A stretch of 64,000 nucleotides of DNA, from contig CBDAOC010000020.1 of the NCBI GenBank assembly GCA_965197925.1, positions 864,001-928,000 on the forward strand. Direction: 5' to 3'. The notes under the pieces are model-generated. The model saw only the letters and a list, made by a program, of their open reading frames with translations. It did no database searches and was not told the origin of the DNA. Below are positions 30,981 through 42,149 of this stretch, piece after piece. Source of the DNA: Nitrososphaerales archaeon. GTDB lineage: Archaea; Thermoproteota; Nitrososphaeria; Nitrososphaerales; UBA213. The position numbers were made by a program, and so were the translations under genes. Each line of letters opens with the position of its first letter. Position 1 is the stretch's first letter.

Positions 30981-32072
30981 GAGGCTTGGGCATAATTAAG
31001 CCGGTCGAAACGATAAGATCAGGTTCTAGTTTTTATTGTTGATATGTTTAGCTCAGACTCGATACTCCTTCGTATATTATTTTTGATTGACGTGATTCTA
31101 GTCAAAACCTAATAGGAAAAGGGTAGACCATTCTACTATTCTCCTATAGTAATGATGAGATGCTTCATCGTTAGAGTATGGGTAAGAATACCAAGCAACA
31201 ATGCTTTGCATGAATACTATTCGATAGACATGCCATACAACAGGAAGGTAATGAAGGCATGTGGTCTTGATAGGTTTCCAGATAAAAGAACATTCGACAG
31301 AAGGTCAAGGCCATATCAATTGACATAAGATCAAGGATAGGTGCTATGGGTATGCTCTTCATAAAAGATGGGTGGTAGACTCATTCATAGTATCCGTTGA
31401 CAGTTCATTGTTGAAAGCAAAGGGACATGTATGGCACAAATCTAGCATGAAGAAGAACGAAGTACCACGCTCCGGTATAGATACAGATGCTCGATGGGGC
31501 TACAGCAGAACCAAGGGATGGGTATTCGGATACAAACTGCATCTAGCATGTAGCACAGGTTCGTTGATAGTTCCATTATCAGCTGATTTCACAACAGCTA
31601 ACATTACTGATAACATGATGTATGAAAGCATCACATCTTCATTGCCTACAGGAATGGCAAGGTATGTTGTAGGAGATGAAGGATATGATGATCACAAGTT
31701 ATGTGATTTCAGCAGGTATAGAGGGTATCCAGTATTCCCATTGGAAAGGTACAAGCATACTACAGATAATAATAGACTGGCATTGCTGCAGTTCTATCAA
31801 TCTGAATTTGGACAGCATGTATATTCTCGGAGGAGCATAAGCGTTGAACCATTGATAGAGCATATGAAGGATGTATTTACCATAGATCCATTGCCAGTTA
31901 GAGGGTTCGATAAGGTAAGGAGCATTGTATTGTTATCTGTATTGTTGTATCAGGTAATGGTGTACTACAATCATCTAACAGGAAGACCATTAAGGGCATT
32001 GAAGCACATGCTCAGAAGTTAATCAATCAGAGGCATCAAGTTATTTTTGTTATGAAATTATGTCCATACCTC
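30981..32072 (+). mobile_element. IS type X, full-length with frameshifts
   Basis: TIRs GAGGCTTGGGCATAATT / AATTATGTCCATACCTC; perfect 8-bp TSD ATTTAATT; ORF 31372-32022 carries the DDE motifs. Confidence 0.9.
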
Positions 32073-32628
32073 ATTTAATTAGCTATTGATAAGAGATTAT
32101 ATTAACTCCTTGTCTCCCTTTAGGCCTATCTTCCAAAATATAATTTACCTTAATTGTAGATGTTTGTTGTTAATTGCTGTATCTAGAGTTGTTATTGTTA
32201 GATCTTTAAAAATACCTTAAAGGTTTCTCAGAAAAAGAAAATTTGATTTGAAAAGAAGAATAGAGCAGAAAAAAAAGTATTTGTTTTGTATGTATTCCAT
32301 TAGCCCTAGCTAGCTATATGCACAATATTTTCTAGTCAAATTATTTAGCAGATGATACTCTTTTTTTGTCTTACCCTATTTGTTATAACCAATATTTCCT
32401 GTTAATATCCTTCCATCTATTCTTTTCTGGAAATTCCTCTTTCCCTATCAGCTAATTCTAGATATTGCTTCTTGATGGTGTTGTGTGATAGTTGTTAATA
32501 TCTTAGGTAAGTGTTGGGTAGCAAGAATCAGAATCTATTGATTGATGCGTTGAAAGATAACTTATAATCAGAGTCTGACGGGTAAAGTAGAAGTTATTAT
32601 TGAGACTCATCCTACAAAATCATACAGC

Positions 32629-33402
32629 CTAGTTCTTCTTAGCCTTTCTAAATCCATGAGTAAATGAGGGATTGTAAACCTGCGAATAGTTATAACTTTT
32701 TGGTTTTATTACGTCTCCAACTATGACAACCGCGGTCCTGCTCACATTAGCTTTCTTCACCTTCTTTGCTATATCTGTAAGCGTACCAGTTATTATGAGC
32801 TCATCCTCCCAGCTTGCTCTGTAAACTACAGCAGCAGGAGTCTCCTTCACGTAACCTCCAATCAACATCTCCTTGATCAATTGGTCTATTAGATGTACAC
32901 TAAGGTAGAATACCATCGTAGTTTTATGCTTAGCCAATTCCGAAATCTTCTCTCTTGTAGGAACCGGTGTACGCAATTCAGCCCTTGTTATGATAACTGT
33001 TTGAGTTATCCCTGGCAACGTAAGCTCAAGTTTCAACCTAGCGGCTGCTGCAAATACCGCACTTATTCCAGGAATAACTTCACATTCTATACCCTCCTCT
33101 TCTAATTTGTCAATTTGTTCTCGAATAGCGCTGAACAAGGCAGGGTCACCATCATGAAGCCTCATAGTGAGCTTTCCTCTTTTTGCATTGTTCCTTAGAA
33201 TTTCGAATATTTTTTCTCTGTCTATCTTTGCAGCATCAATCAATTCCATACTTTTCTTATTATAATCTAATAGTTTGGGGTTGAGCAAAGATCCAGAATA
33301 CACTATTATCTCTGCTGCTTCGATCAATTTTTTTGCTTTCAACGTAATTAGTTCAGGATCTCCAGGTCCTGCACCAACAAAAAATACCTTACAGTTATTC
33401 AC
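32629..33402 (-). CDS. cbiF: Precorrin-4 C11-methyltransferase
   Basis: VGAGPGDPELIT, YSGSL, RLHDGDP, EQI, SQ/TQTVIITR, VVYRASW. Confidence 0.92.
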   Translation of the reverse strand: MNNCKVFFVGAGPGDPELITLKAKKLIEAAEIIVYSGSLLNPKLLDYNKKSMELIDAAKIDREKIFEILRNNAKRGKLTMRLHDGDPALFSAIREQIDKLEEEGIECEVIPGISAVFAAAARLKLELTLPGITQTVIITRAELRTPVPTREKISELAKHKTTMVFYLSVHLIDQLIKEMLIGGYVKETPAAVVYRASWEDELIITGTLTDIAKKVKKANVSRTAVVIVGDVIKPKSYNYSQVYNPSFTHGFRKAKKN

Positions 33403-34123
33403 GCTTTACCACCAAGATCGAAAAATATTTTTCAGCAGGTTCTCCATTTATAACATCTTTCAATTTCGATACTTTCACTATCTCACCATCAACGGATACT
33501 TCCTGCGCAATCGCGACTAGCGAATTATCAGAAAACCCAGATTGCTTGAGCATTTCTATAACTTTAGTAAAATACCTTCCATCCTTTAGGAAAATTAAAG
33601 TATCACATGAACTGGCCGTTGACTTTACCTTGTTAAGATCGTAACATGCAGGAAGAATTGCTAATGTTTCCTCGCCTTCTGCCAAACTGATCTTAGCCTG
33701 GGATGCAAATGCGAACATAGATGCAACACCTGGAACCACTTCTATTTTAATCGCCGGATATCTATCCTTCAATTCCTTGTGAATGTAGATAAAAGTGCTG
33801 TATAGTGAAGGGTCTCCCACCGTTAGATATACTAAATTCCTTTCCCCATCACTTTTCTGAGCTATCTGGTCTGCATTGTCCCTCCATGTTTTCTGTAGAG
33901 TCGCTTTATCTTTGACCATGGGAAATACAAGATTAATTATTTCAGGATTATCTTTTCTTTCTCTTAAAATTGGTTTCACTATAGACAAAGCCATACTATC
34001 TCTTCCCGGCCTTGCGGTTGGGCAAAAAATCGTATCTGCTGATTTGATAATATTAACAGCCTTTAGTGTTAGCAATTCAGGGTCGCCTGGACCACATCCT
34101 ACGCAAAATAACTTCCCACTCAT
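33395..34123 (-). CDS. cbiL: Precorrin-2 C20-methyltransferase
   Basis: GCGPGDPELLT, FPM, GDPSLYST, YFS. Confidence 0.92.
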   Translation of the reverse strand: MSGKLFCVGCGPGDPELLTLKAVNIIKSADTIFCPTARPGRDSMALSIVKPILRERKDNPEIINLVFPMVKDKATLQKTWRDNADQIAQKSDGERNLVYLTVGDPSLYSTFIYIHKELKDRYPAIKIEVVPGVASMFAFASQAKISLAEGEETLAILPACYDLNKVKSTASSCDTLIFLKDGRYFTKVIEMLKQSGFSDNSLVAIAQEVSVDGEIVKVSKLKDVINGEPAEKYFSILVVKRE

Positions 34124-34162
34124 TGAGTTAGCATAATTTACTGCCTTATTTAAACTCAGTAA

Positions 34163-34753
34163 TCATATTTTTTCTGCAGCTATTATTATAACAGGATTTC
34201 TAGCCAACATCATCGTACCACTCTTAACTTTTCTGCTTTTAGCTATTGTTATTTGTGTCAGGTCTAAATTTACCAAATTCAATTGGTTTATTGCTTCAAG
34301 TGAATGAAACATTGTTTCAATTAGTATTGTATTGATCACAATTCTTCCTCTGCTCTTTAATTTGTCGTAAGCCATCTTGATTATATCAAAAGTGTCACCA
34401 CCAGTTCCCCCGACAAATATTACATCTGCACTAGGCATATTGCTAATTATCTCCTGTGCCTTTGAATGAATGATCTTTGTATTTGAAACATTGAATTTTG
34501 CAACATTTTTTTTAGTTAATTTGATTGCATTTTCATCTTGATCTATTGCGTAAACTGTGCCCTCCGGAGTTATTTGCCTTGCGACTTCTACTGTTAAACT
34601 ACCACTCCCGCATCCAACATCTATCACAATAGCGCCTGCACTCAATCTTCCTTTGCTTATCGTAACTGTCCTAACCTCTTCTTTAGTAATAGGAACATTT
34701 TCTTCTCGTTCAAACATTTCGTCAGGAATACCTGGTGTTCTAAAGTTCCACAA
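34163..34753 (-). CDS. cbiT: Precorrin-6B C15-methyltransferase (decarboxylating)
   Basis: PGIPD..F, PITKEEVR, DVGCGSGS, ARNPV. Confidence 0.92.
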   Translation of the reverse strand: MWNFRTPGIPDEMFEREENVPITKEEVRTVTISKGRLSAGAIVIDVGCGSGSLTVEVARQITPEGTVYAIDQDENAIKLTKKNVAKFNVSNTKIIHSKAQEIISNMPSADVIFVGGTGGDTFDIIKMAYDKLKSRGRIVINTILIETMFHSLEAINQLNLVNLDLTQITIAKSRKVKSGTMMLARNPVIIIAAEKI

Positions 34754-34793
34754 TTAAGACTTCCACTGCTGAAAACTGTATTTAATCTATCTA

Positions 34794-35075
34794 TTAGCCA
34801 ACTGTATAAGTATTATACAAAATCCATACAATCATGAACGTAAATACATATCCTGCCATACCAGTGGTCACCATCTTCCTGTATTCCGTTGGAAGTAGAT
34901 ATGTTGAAATGTAGACTCTCGCAATTATATAAGAAGCAAAATAGACCATGAACCCAACTCCTATACCTCTGAATGCCTGGGGATTGAAACTAAGATAGCC
35001 AAGTGCTCCGGCAGCTATGCCTGCTAACACGCCTAAACCTATTCTCATCCAGAAAATCCTGTCTATAGGACCCAA
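34794..35075 (-). CDS. Small three-TM membrane protein (EMC6-like)
   Basis: FWMR.GLG.LAG, and G...YVF...VWILYNT. Confidence 0.6.
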   Translation of the reverse strand: MGPIDRIFWMRIGLGVLAGIAAGALGYLSFNPQAFRGIGVGFMVYFASYIIARVYISTYLLPTEYRKMVTTGMAGYVFTFMIVWILYNTYTVG

Positions 35076-35501
35076 AGCCTTCCCGCTTCTTTGTACGCAA
35101 ACTCTGTTTAATTCCTTTTGGTAGGCATAAGAGTATAAATTTGGTGCATGTAAGCAAAAATATCTTAAACCCTCTCGTATAGCCGCGGTACAAGGTAAAC
35201 GAAATAAAGAAGAAAATCATTAACTGATATCAAATTAATAATCTTCATGGAATTACAATAGATTCCATTAATAAAATCTCTGCTATATGTTTTATTCGCA
35301 TCAGGTAATTCCTTATCACCAGATCTGTAATAAGGCTCAAAACGGACTTTACCCTGCTAAAGATGTATTTTCTAAACCTAAAATGGGTTTGATTTTTATG
35401 ATATAATCTTGTACTACCAAGAGGAGATTGGATATCATCTTTGCACACGAAGTGATAAAAGTGATCTTCATCAAAATGATTAAAAGCGAGAGCGTATAAG
35501 C

Positions 35502-36089
35502 ATGATTATGAGCGATAGAGGAGAAACACATGCTACTAGTAGATTAATGGTGAAGGATATCATGAATAGTCCGGTAATAACAGCTTCGCCAAGTGATAAT
35601 ATGAAGGTTATTGCTGAAGAAATGATCAAGGCTGGTGTGGGAGGCATAGTGATTTTAGATGATGATAAACCTGTTGGAATTGTAAGCGACGGGGATATAG
35701 TATCCAAGACTGTTGCAAAGGATCAAATGCCCAGCAAAGTACTTGCTAAAGATGTAATGCACCCCTTGCATACAATAGGGAGTGAAGAAAGGATACTGGA
35801 AGCTGCGAGGCTATTGCGCAAGCACAATATAAAACGGTTAGGAGTTACTTACAAGAATAAACTGGTAGGAATGATCTCCTCATCTGACGTAATAGCAGTG
35901 ACACCCGAGCTTATCGATGTTGTTTCAGAAAAGGCTAATATATTGAGGGGAGAGTTCGGCAGGAAGCCAAGTCTTGTGTCTGGTTACTGTGATGAATGCA
36001 ATCAATGGTCAGAGTATTTACAGTACGTTGATGGAACATTCATTTGTGAAGAATGTAGGGGAGATGTTCCCGCTAAAGATCAGAGATGA
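35502..36089 (+). CDS. CBS-pair protein with C-terminal Zn ribbon
   Basis: Two CBS domains, GYCDEC..FICEEC. Confidence 0.9.
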   Translation: MIMSDRGETHATSRLMVKDIMNSPVITASPSDNMKVIAEEMIKAGVGGIVILDDDKPVGIVSDGDIVSKTVAKDQMPSKVLAKDVMHPLHTIGSEERILEAARLLRKHNIKRLGVTYKNKLVGMISSSDVIAVTPELIDVVSEKANILRGEFGRKPSLVSGYCDECNQWSEYLQYVDGTFICEECRGDVPAKDQR

Positions 36090-36577
36090 ATTTTGTCAGT
36101 TTTATCATCGACGGTATGCTTGGAAGCTTGGCAAGAAAATTGCGATTGTTAGAGTATGATACTCTCTATTATAGTGATGTTGATGATGAGAAACTTATAG
36201 AAATCACTGCTCTACAAAATAGAGTTCTGATAACACGTGACAAAATGCTGTTCAAGAGGGTTATGAATACAGGTATTATTAGTGTGTTATTAGATGGGTC
36301 AAGTGACATAACTGATATGGTACATCTATTAAGAAATTTTGGAATTTCTTCTGTTGAGTTCTTACCTGAAAAGTCTAGATGTTCGTTGTGTAACAGTGAA
36401 TTAGATAAATGTGATAAATCTTTTGCAAATAAAATTATTCCTGCCAAGGTTACCAAAATGCATGAAAGATTTTATTTCTGCCACCATTGTAACAAGGTAT
36501 ATTGGGGTGGGGGCCACTTTAGGAAGCTGCAAGAGTTTGGAATCACCGTTAGAAAGAGGTTAAACAATGCATCTTAG
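36086..36577 (+). CDS. Mut7-C RNase (PIN-like/Zn ribbon) protein
   Basis: DGMLG.LARKLR, LITRD, RCSLCN, C..CNKVYW.G.H. Confidence 0.9.
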   Translation: MNFVSFIIDGMLGSLARKLRLLEYDTLYYSDVDDEKLIEITALQNRVLITRDKMLFKRVMNTGIISVLLDGSSDITDMVHLLRNFGISSVEFLPEKSRCSLCNSELDKCDKSFANKIIPAKVTKMHERFYFCHHCNKVYWGGGHFRKLQEFGITVRKRLNNAS

Positions 36578-37190
36578 GGAAGAGGATGGATCAGAACTAG
36601 TAAAACTGGCAAGATATGCTATAGAAAATTATCTAGTTGAAAAAAATACAATAACTACCCAAGGTCATATCGCAATGAAGTATAAAGAGAAGTCTGGGGT
36701 ATTTGTAACGCTTAATTCTGCTAAGACCAACCCAGAAAGACTCAGATGATGTATCAGTTTTCCTAATGCAGACAGCGTCTTGCATGTTGCTGTAATAAAT
36801 GCTGCAATAGCATCTGCTACTAACGATCCTAGGTTCAAACCAGTTGTAAAGGAAGAACTTGACAGTATTACAATTGAGATAAGTGTGCTAACGCAGCCTC
36901 AATAGATTGTGGTAAAAGATCCCAGGCAGTTCAAGGAGAAAATAAAAATTGGTAATACTGGATTGATAGTGAAATGGCGTTATGGTTCTGGTCTGTTATT
37001 GCCACAAGTTCCAGTTGAATATGGATGGGATGAAGAACACTTTCTGTGTGAAACATGTATCAAGGCTGGTGCATTGCCAGACTGCTGGTTTTATGAGGAT
37101 ACAATAATATACAGATTTGATGCGCTTGTGTTTAAGGAGGTCGAACCTGGAAGGAACGTAATCAGGGTTCCCCCCGATGTAAAAAAATGA
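36567..37190 (+). pseudogene. AMMECR1-domain (TIGR00296-like) gene with two in-frame stops
   Basis: GVFVTL..LR*CIS (TGA at 36747 in place of G of LRGCIG), DPRF, EISVLT, TAG at about 36903, GLLLPQV, KAG. Confidence 0.85.
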
Positions 37191-37556
37191 TCATGGCTTG
37201 TATCGAGAAAAATGTCTAACGTAAGCTTTTAGAAATTCCTTGGCAAAGACGTCCGCATATTTCTCGGTACCTTTATGCTTCCCTGAATTAGACCTCAAAT
37301 GATGATAGAATTCGTGGAGCATGATAAAAGGATTGAACATTATTATTGAATTTAAAGCTAGTATAGTATTATTTTTTTTGATGTATACGGCCAAAACATT
37401 TTTTCTACGACCCTTCACAGTACCTACTCGTAACTTAGGCTTTTCCACTCTGTACATTGTGGAAAGAAGTTCAAAAGCATCTTCAGTTCTCTTCGCAAGT
37501 ATGAGCCGTACAACCCTTGCTTTGTTTTCGTCGTCAAGATACACGTAACTACCCAT
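37191..37556 (-). CDS. Hypothetical protein with HEXXH motif
   Basis: LHEFYHHLR ... E..AD. Confidence 0.65.
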   Translation of the reverse strand: MGSYVYLDDENKARVVRLILAKRTEDAFELLSTMYRVEKPKLRVGTVKGRRKNVLAVYIKKNNTILALNSIIMFNPFIMLHEFYHHLRSNSGKHKGTEKYADVFAKEFLKAYVRHFSRYKP

Positions 37557-38218
37557 AATAATTAGTCGATGTTGTACCCAATATACCTTGATACTATAAT
37601 ATGCATTTTAAGATAATAATTGAAACTCACAGGATGATATATGATGTACTCCTTTCCACTTATGTTTCGGCAGCAAACGTTCATGAGAAGAAATATTATA
37701 CATTAAACGGATATTATTGTAGATAATGGATTTGAACTGATAAGATTAACCATCATTATAGGAAAGAGATTAGATTTTCTAAATGCAGAACGGATTAATT
37801 TATGTATACATATATCATGTATGGCGAACACTAGAGCTATAGAAGAAGTTTCCTAATTCGCGGATACGTGTAATAAGTACGGTATTTGCATAAATCAGTT
37901 TAGTAGATGATTGGTGTGACTCAAAGGAGGACAAATATAACTACGAATAATATAGTTCATCTACTGTCTTGTCAAGCAGTACGATCTAGAGGTATTGGTA
38001 TGAACAAATTTCCATGGATTACATATATGATTTGTTGGCATTAATACCAAGTCTTACTAGAGTCCAAAACTCCTTCTGGAATCATTATTTCCTAATTACT
38101 GAAACCATAACAGATAAGTTCTTCTACATAGATAGGATTTTAGACCCGTTCTAAATTAGTGTTGAATTTCATGATTTTTTAGCAATAAACATTTAATCCA
38201 TAAAATTGATCTATAGAT

Positions 38219-38992
38219 GTGGGTAACAACAAGATATGTACTACAATAGGTACTAGCGACATCAATAAACTAGGAATCATGTTCGATGATTCTCTTAATA
38301 GCAGCGCAAATTATTTTGAAATCAGATTCGACTTTCTTGATAACTCAACATTGAATGATGCTCTGGCTGTTGTTCTAGATTACAAAGACCAAGCTGTTTT
38401 TACTTGTAGAGCACAAAATGAAGGAGGAAATTATCGTGGTGCAGAGCAAGATAGGTTAAAAATACTAGGGCGATTAGCAGCTTTTAGACCTATGTTATTA
38501 GATATTGAATATCAAACCATGAAAGAGAATGAATATTTGTTAGATCAAATCATGGCGCTAAATTGTGATATTTTGGTATCATGGCATGACTTTGAGGAAA
38601 CACCAACTAAAGACCACCTTATAAGTATGTCAGAAAAGATGAAAGAGTACAGCAATAACATAAAGATCGTTTGTATGGCAAAGAGCTTGGAAGACAGTAT
38701 TTCAGTATTGAAACTATATGAGAATGCAAGGATATCGAATATAAATTTAATAGCATTTTGCATGGGTGAATATGGTATACTTTCAAGAGTGCTATGTACT
38801 TATGCGGGTTCAAGATTCACTTATGCAAGTCTTGAGGAGGCATTAGCGCCGGGACAGTTGACTATAAAGCAAATGCAAACAATATTTGAAAGACTTGATC
38901 ATGAAAAGTCAGAGTTAAATAATTATGACAAATGGAAGAACAGACAAGATTTCAATGACATCCTTAACGTCATAAATGATAGCGTACGATAG
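38219..38992 (+). CDS. aroD: Type I 3-dehydroquinate dehydratase
   Basis: EIRFD, TCR..EGG, SWHDF, MG..G..SR, APGQ. Confidence 0.92.
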   Translation: MGNNKICTTIGTSDINKLGIMFDDSLNSSANYFEIRFDFLDNSTLNDALAVVLDYKDQAVFTCRAQNEGGNYRGAEQDRLKILGRLAAFRPMLLDIEYQTMKENEYLLDQIMALNCDILVSWHDFEETPTKDHLISMSEKMKEYSNNIKIVCMAKSLEDSISVLKLYENARISNINLIAFCMGEYGILSRVLCTYAGSRFTYASLEEALAPGQLTIKQMQTIFERLDHEKSELNNYDKWKNRQDFNDILNVINDSVR

Positions 38993-39831
38993 TGAGACAA
39001 ATGTCAACAAATGAAGGCTTCAGAACCTATTGTATTGTCGGTGATCCCATAACTCATTCGCTTTCACCAGCAATGCATAATGCTGCTTTTAAAGCCTTGA
39101 ACTTAAATTGTGTCTATTTTGCTTTTAGGATTGCAAGGAACGAATTAGATGCTGGATTATTATCGTTAAGGAAAGTAAGTGTGGCAGGGTTCAATGTTAC
39201 AATGCCTCACAAAGTTGACATAATACCATTGCTTGACGAACTTGATGAAACAAGTAAAAAGACAGGTGCAGTAAATACAGTAAATAACGAAAAAGAGAGG
39301 TTTGTAGGGTATAATACTGACATTCAAGGATTCATCGAACCTATAAAGCGTAGAAAGATTGATCTGGATGGCAAGACTGTATTGTTGATTGGTGCTGGTG
39401 GCGCTGCGAGAGCAGTAGTGACTGCACTTATGGATGAACATATAAAGGAAATTGTAATTGCAAGTAGGTGTTTAGTAAAATTGAAGATATTGAACGATAT
39501 TTGTAAAGGATCGAATGTTAAGTGTGAAATGATATTATTAAAGGACGTAGAGAAATACTCACCCAAAGCGGATCTTATAGTTAATGCTACACCCATTGGT
39601 ATGAATCGAGAAGCGAGTATAATTACAGCTGAATATTTGAGCAGTGAGAGTATAGTGTATGACCTCGTATACAGACCAATAGAAACAGCCTTGATTAGAA
39701 ATGCTGAAGAAGTTGGAGCTACTGTTATCCACGGTTATGAGATGTTATTGGAACAAGGTGTAAAATCATTTGAAATATGGGAACAAATGGAGGCTCCTCG
39801 CAATGTGATGAAGAAAACATTGGTTGGATAA
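38992..39831 (+). CDS. aroE: Shikimate dehydrogenase
   Basis: HSLSPAMHN, NVTMPHK, GAVNT, NTD, GAGGAARA. Confidence 0.95.
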   Translation: MRQMSTNEGFRTYCIVGDPITHSLSPAMHNAAFKALNLNCVYFAFRIARNELDAGLLSLRKVSVAGFNVTMPHKVDIIPLLDELDETSKKTGAVNTVNNEKERFVGYNTDIQGFIEPIKRRKIDLDGKTVLLIGAGGAARAVVTALMDEHIKEIVIASRCLVKLKILNDICKGSNVKCEMILLKDVEKYSPKADLIVNATPIGMNREASIITAEYLSSESIVYDLVYRPIETALIRNAEEVGATVIHGYEMLLEQGVKSFEIWEQMEAPRNVMKKTLVG

Positions 39832-39862
39832 TTTATTTGGATAATTTATTTGGATAATTTAT
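39824..39862. repeat. 13-bp tandem repeat x3 overlapping the aroE stop codon
   Basis: TTGGATAATTTAT x3. Confidence 0.85.
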
Positions 39863-39950
39863 TAAATGTAAAAGAGAAGAACTAATTTATGGTTCCTAAT
39901 TTGACAGTCGTGATTAAATATATCACAAAATCTTCATGGGTTGATGGATT

Positions 39951-40802
39951 ATGAAATCAGCTAATGCTACCCTACATGGTGCTATATCAATTGTGAATGC
40001 TATAGCAAACGGGAATGGTTGCTCCTTGGGAATATCACTTGAAGCAAATGCTTCAGTTGAATTTCTGGGTGGCACTGGTATAACATTCGAGCCAAAAGGA
40101 GAGTTCAGGGATGACAAATTGGTAAAAGCTGTTGTAAATAGAGCTGTTCCACAGCAAATGTTGGAACAATATCGCGTAATGGTGAGCATAAATTCTGAAA
40201 TCCCTATAGGTTATGGACTTAAAAGCTCAAGCGCCGTATCAAATGCAATTTCATTAGCGTGTTTAAAACTTGTAAGAGGTAATTCAGGCGATCTTGAAGC
40301 TGTTAATACCGCTGTTGATGCGTCTTTCGATGCAAAGGTTACCATAACTGGGGCATTCGATGATGCTTGTGCATCATACTTTGGTGGTTTTGCAGTCACT
40401 AATAATATAAATAGACAATTGATAAGAATTGAAGAAGCGCCGAATGATCTTTATGCTATAATTCTCCTCCCACAGAAAGCTAAGAGGAATGATCCGTTGC
40501 GATTACGGATGTTATCTAGATTTTTTGATGAAGCATTTTATCTCGCAAAAAATGCAAAATATTGGGAAGCGATGATGCTTAACGGAATACTGGTTTCGGC
40601 TGGATTAACAATGCCGTACGAACCAATAAAGGAAGCTGTTGAGAATGGTGCTCTTGCTGCGAGTGTAAGCGGTAATGGGCCAGCTCTGGCAGCAGTAGCG
40701 TATGAATGGCATCTTGATGATATCGTTAAGTGTTGGCAAGCTTATACTGGCAAAGTATTGGTTACTAAAATAAATAATGAAAGGGCGAAGGTAATTGGTT
40801 AG
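39951..40802 (+). CDS. aroK: Archaeal shikimate kinase (GHMP family)
   Basis: GAISIVNAIA.G.G, GLKSSSA, TGAFDDA, SGNGP. Confidence 0.93.
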   Translation: MKSANATLHGAISIVNAIANGNGCSLGISLEANASVEFLGGTGITFEPKGEFRDDKLVKAVVNRAVPQQMLEQYRVMVSINSEIPIGYGLKSSSAVSNAISLACLKLVRGNSGDLEAVNTAVDASFDAKVTITGAFDDACASYFGGFAVTNNINRQLIRIEEAPNDLYAIILLPQKAKRNDPLRLRMLSRFFDEAFYLAKNAKYWEAMMLNGILVSAGLTMPYEPIKEAVENGALAASVSGNGPALAAVAYEWHLDDIVKCWQAYTGKVLVTKINNERAKVIG

Positions 40803-42072
40803 TATTGAGGTAAAGCAATCCAAAATTGGTGGAACTATAACTTGTTCTGCTAGCAAGAGTTATACACATAGAGCAATCGCAATTGCGTCGCTTGCGAGAG
40901 GAGAATCAACTTTAATAAACACACTATTGGCTAGAGACACACTAGCAACAATAAATGGATGCAAAATACTGGGATCCAATCTTTCGCAATCCAATGGAAT
41001 AATCAAGGTTTTTGGTAAGAATAAATTCAATTCAGCCAACAGGGAAATAAATGCTGAAAATTCAGGCACAACTATAAGATTCTTGATTTCTATGTCAACG
41101 CTAGTGGAACTTGGAAGAACAATCTTGACTGGTGATGAAAGTTTACGAAAGAGACCAATGCAACCATTATTAGATGCACTAAAGGATCTTGGTGTAGATT
41201 CAAATTCTGTAGATGGTATGCCTCCTGTTGTTGTGAATGGAGGTGGTATAAAAGGCGGTCATACAGAAATTTATGGTAATGTATCCAGTCAGTTTATCTC
41301 GTCCTTACTGATCTCTTCCATTTATGCAAATAAAGATGTTACGATATCTGTTAAAGGAAAACAAGTATCAAGACCATACATAGATGCTACAGTAGCAACA
41401 ATGAAGCGATTTGGTGTGGAGGTAAAAAACAGACAGTATAGCGATTATGAAATAAGATGCCAGGAATACAAACCAGCAAAATTTGTTGTACCAAGTGATT
41501 TTTCAACTGCTGCTATTTTGCTTGCTGCAGGTGCACTGGTTGGCGAAGTCACTGTTGGTGGTTTGAACTTTGAATTGCCACAAGCAGATGTAAAGATCGT
41601 AGATATCTTGCACGCTATGGGTGTTAACATAAAGATGGACAAAGCTAAGGGCATTATTAGAGTAGAAGAGTCAGGAAGGCTTGAGGGAGGTCTATTCAAT
41701 TTACATGACAGCCCTGATCTGCTGCCAGTTGTATCAATCTTGGCATTGAAAGCACAGAAAAAGGTAACTATTTGTGGAGTTGCGCATGCAAGGGTCAAGG
41801 AAACAGACAGAATATCGAACGTATCTCGGGAGATCAAGAAGCTTGGTGCAGAAGTAGAAGAATTTGAAGATGGTATGAGTATACGGGTTTCAAACAAATT
41901 GAGAAACGCAAGACTAACAGCTTACAACGATCACAGATTGTTCATGGCATTCAGTGTTGCGTCCTTGTTAACAGAAAAATGTATCATAGATGGTCTTGAA
42001 TCAGTAGATGTTTCATATCCAAACTTCGTAAACGACTTGCAAAAATTAGGTGCAAATATCAAAAAATTGTAA
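40795..42072 (+). CDS. aroA: EPSP synthase
   Basis: SKSYTHR, NSGTT.RF, RPM, SSQF.S, KETDRI, DHR. Confidence 0.95.
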   Translation: MVSIEVKQSKIGGTITCSASKSYTHRAIAIASLARGESTLINTLLARDTLATINGCKILGSNLSQSNGIIKVFGKNKFNSANREINAENSGTTIRFLISMSTLVELGRTILTGDESLRKRPMQPLLDALKDLGVDSNSVDGMPPVVVNGGGIKGGHTEIYGNVSSQFISSLLISSIYANKDVTISVKGKQVSRPYIDATVATMKRFGVEVKNRQYSDYEIRCQEYKPAKFVVPSDFSTAAILLAAGALVGEVTVGGLNFELPQADVKIVDILHAMGVNIKMDKAKGIIRVEESGRLEGGLFNLHDSPDLLPVVSILALKAQKKVTICGVAHARVKETDRISNVSREIKKLGAEVEEFEDGMSIRVSNKLRNARLTAYNDHRLFMAFSVASLLTEKCIIDGLESVDVSYPNFVNDLQKLGANIKKL

Positions 42073-42149
42073 CTTATGAGAAACCAATTTGTTCTTCTCC
42101 TCTGGAGTAGATAATGTTCATGTATTAAGAATGATGTTACAATTTTTTT

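Noticed and set aside
36747..36749. TGA as selenocysteine or recoding in AMMECR1
   Set aside because: It aligns to Gly rather than Cys, and a second in-frame TAG follows.
37560..38210. Long AT-rich gaps (also 32080-32620, 51420-51820, 58720-59170) as an origin or ncRNA
   Set aside because: No ORB-like repeats, adjacent cdc6 or convincing structure could be seen by eye.
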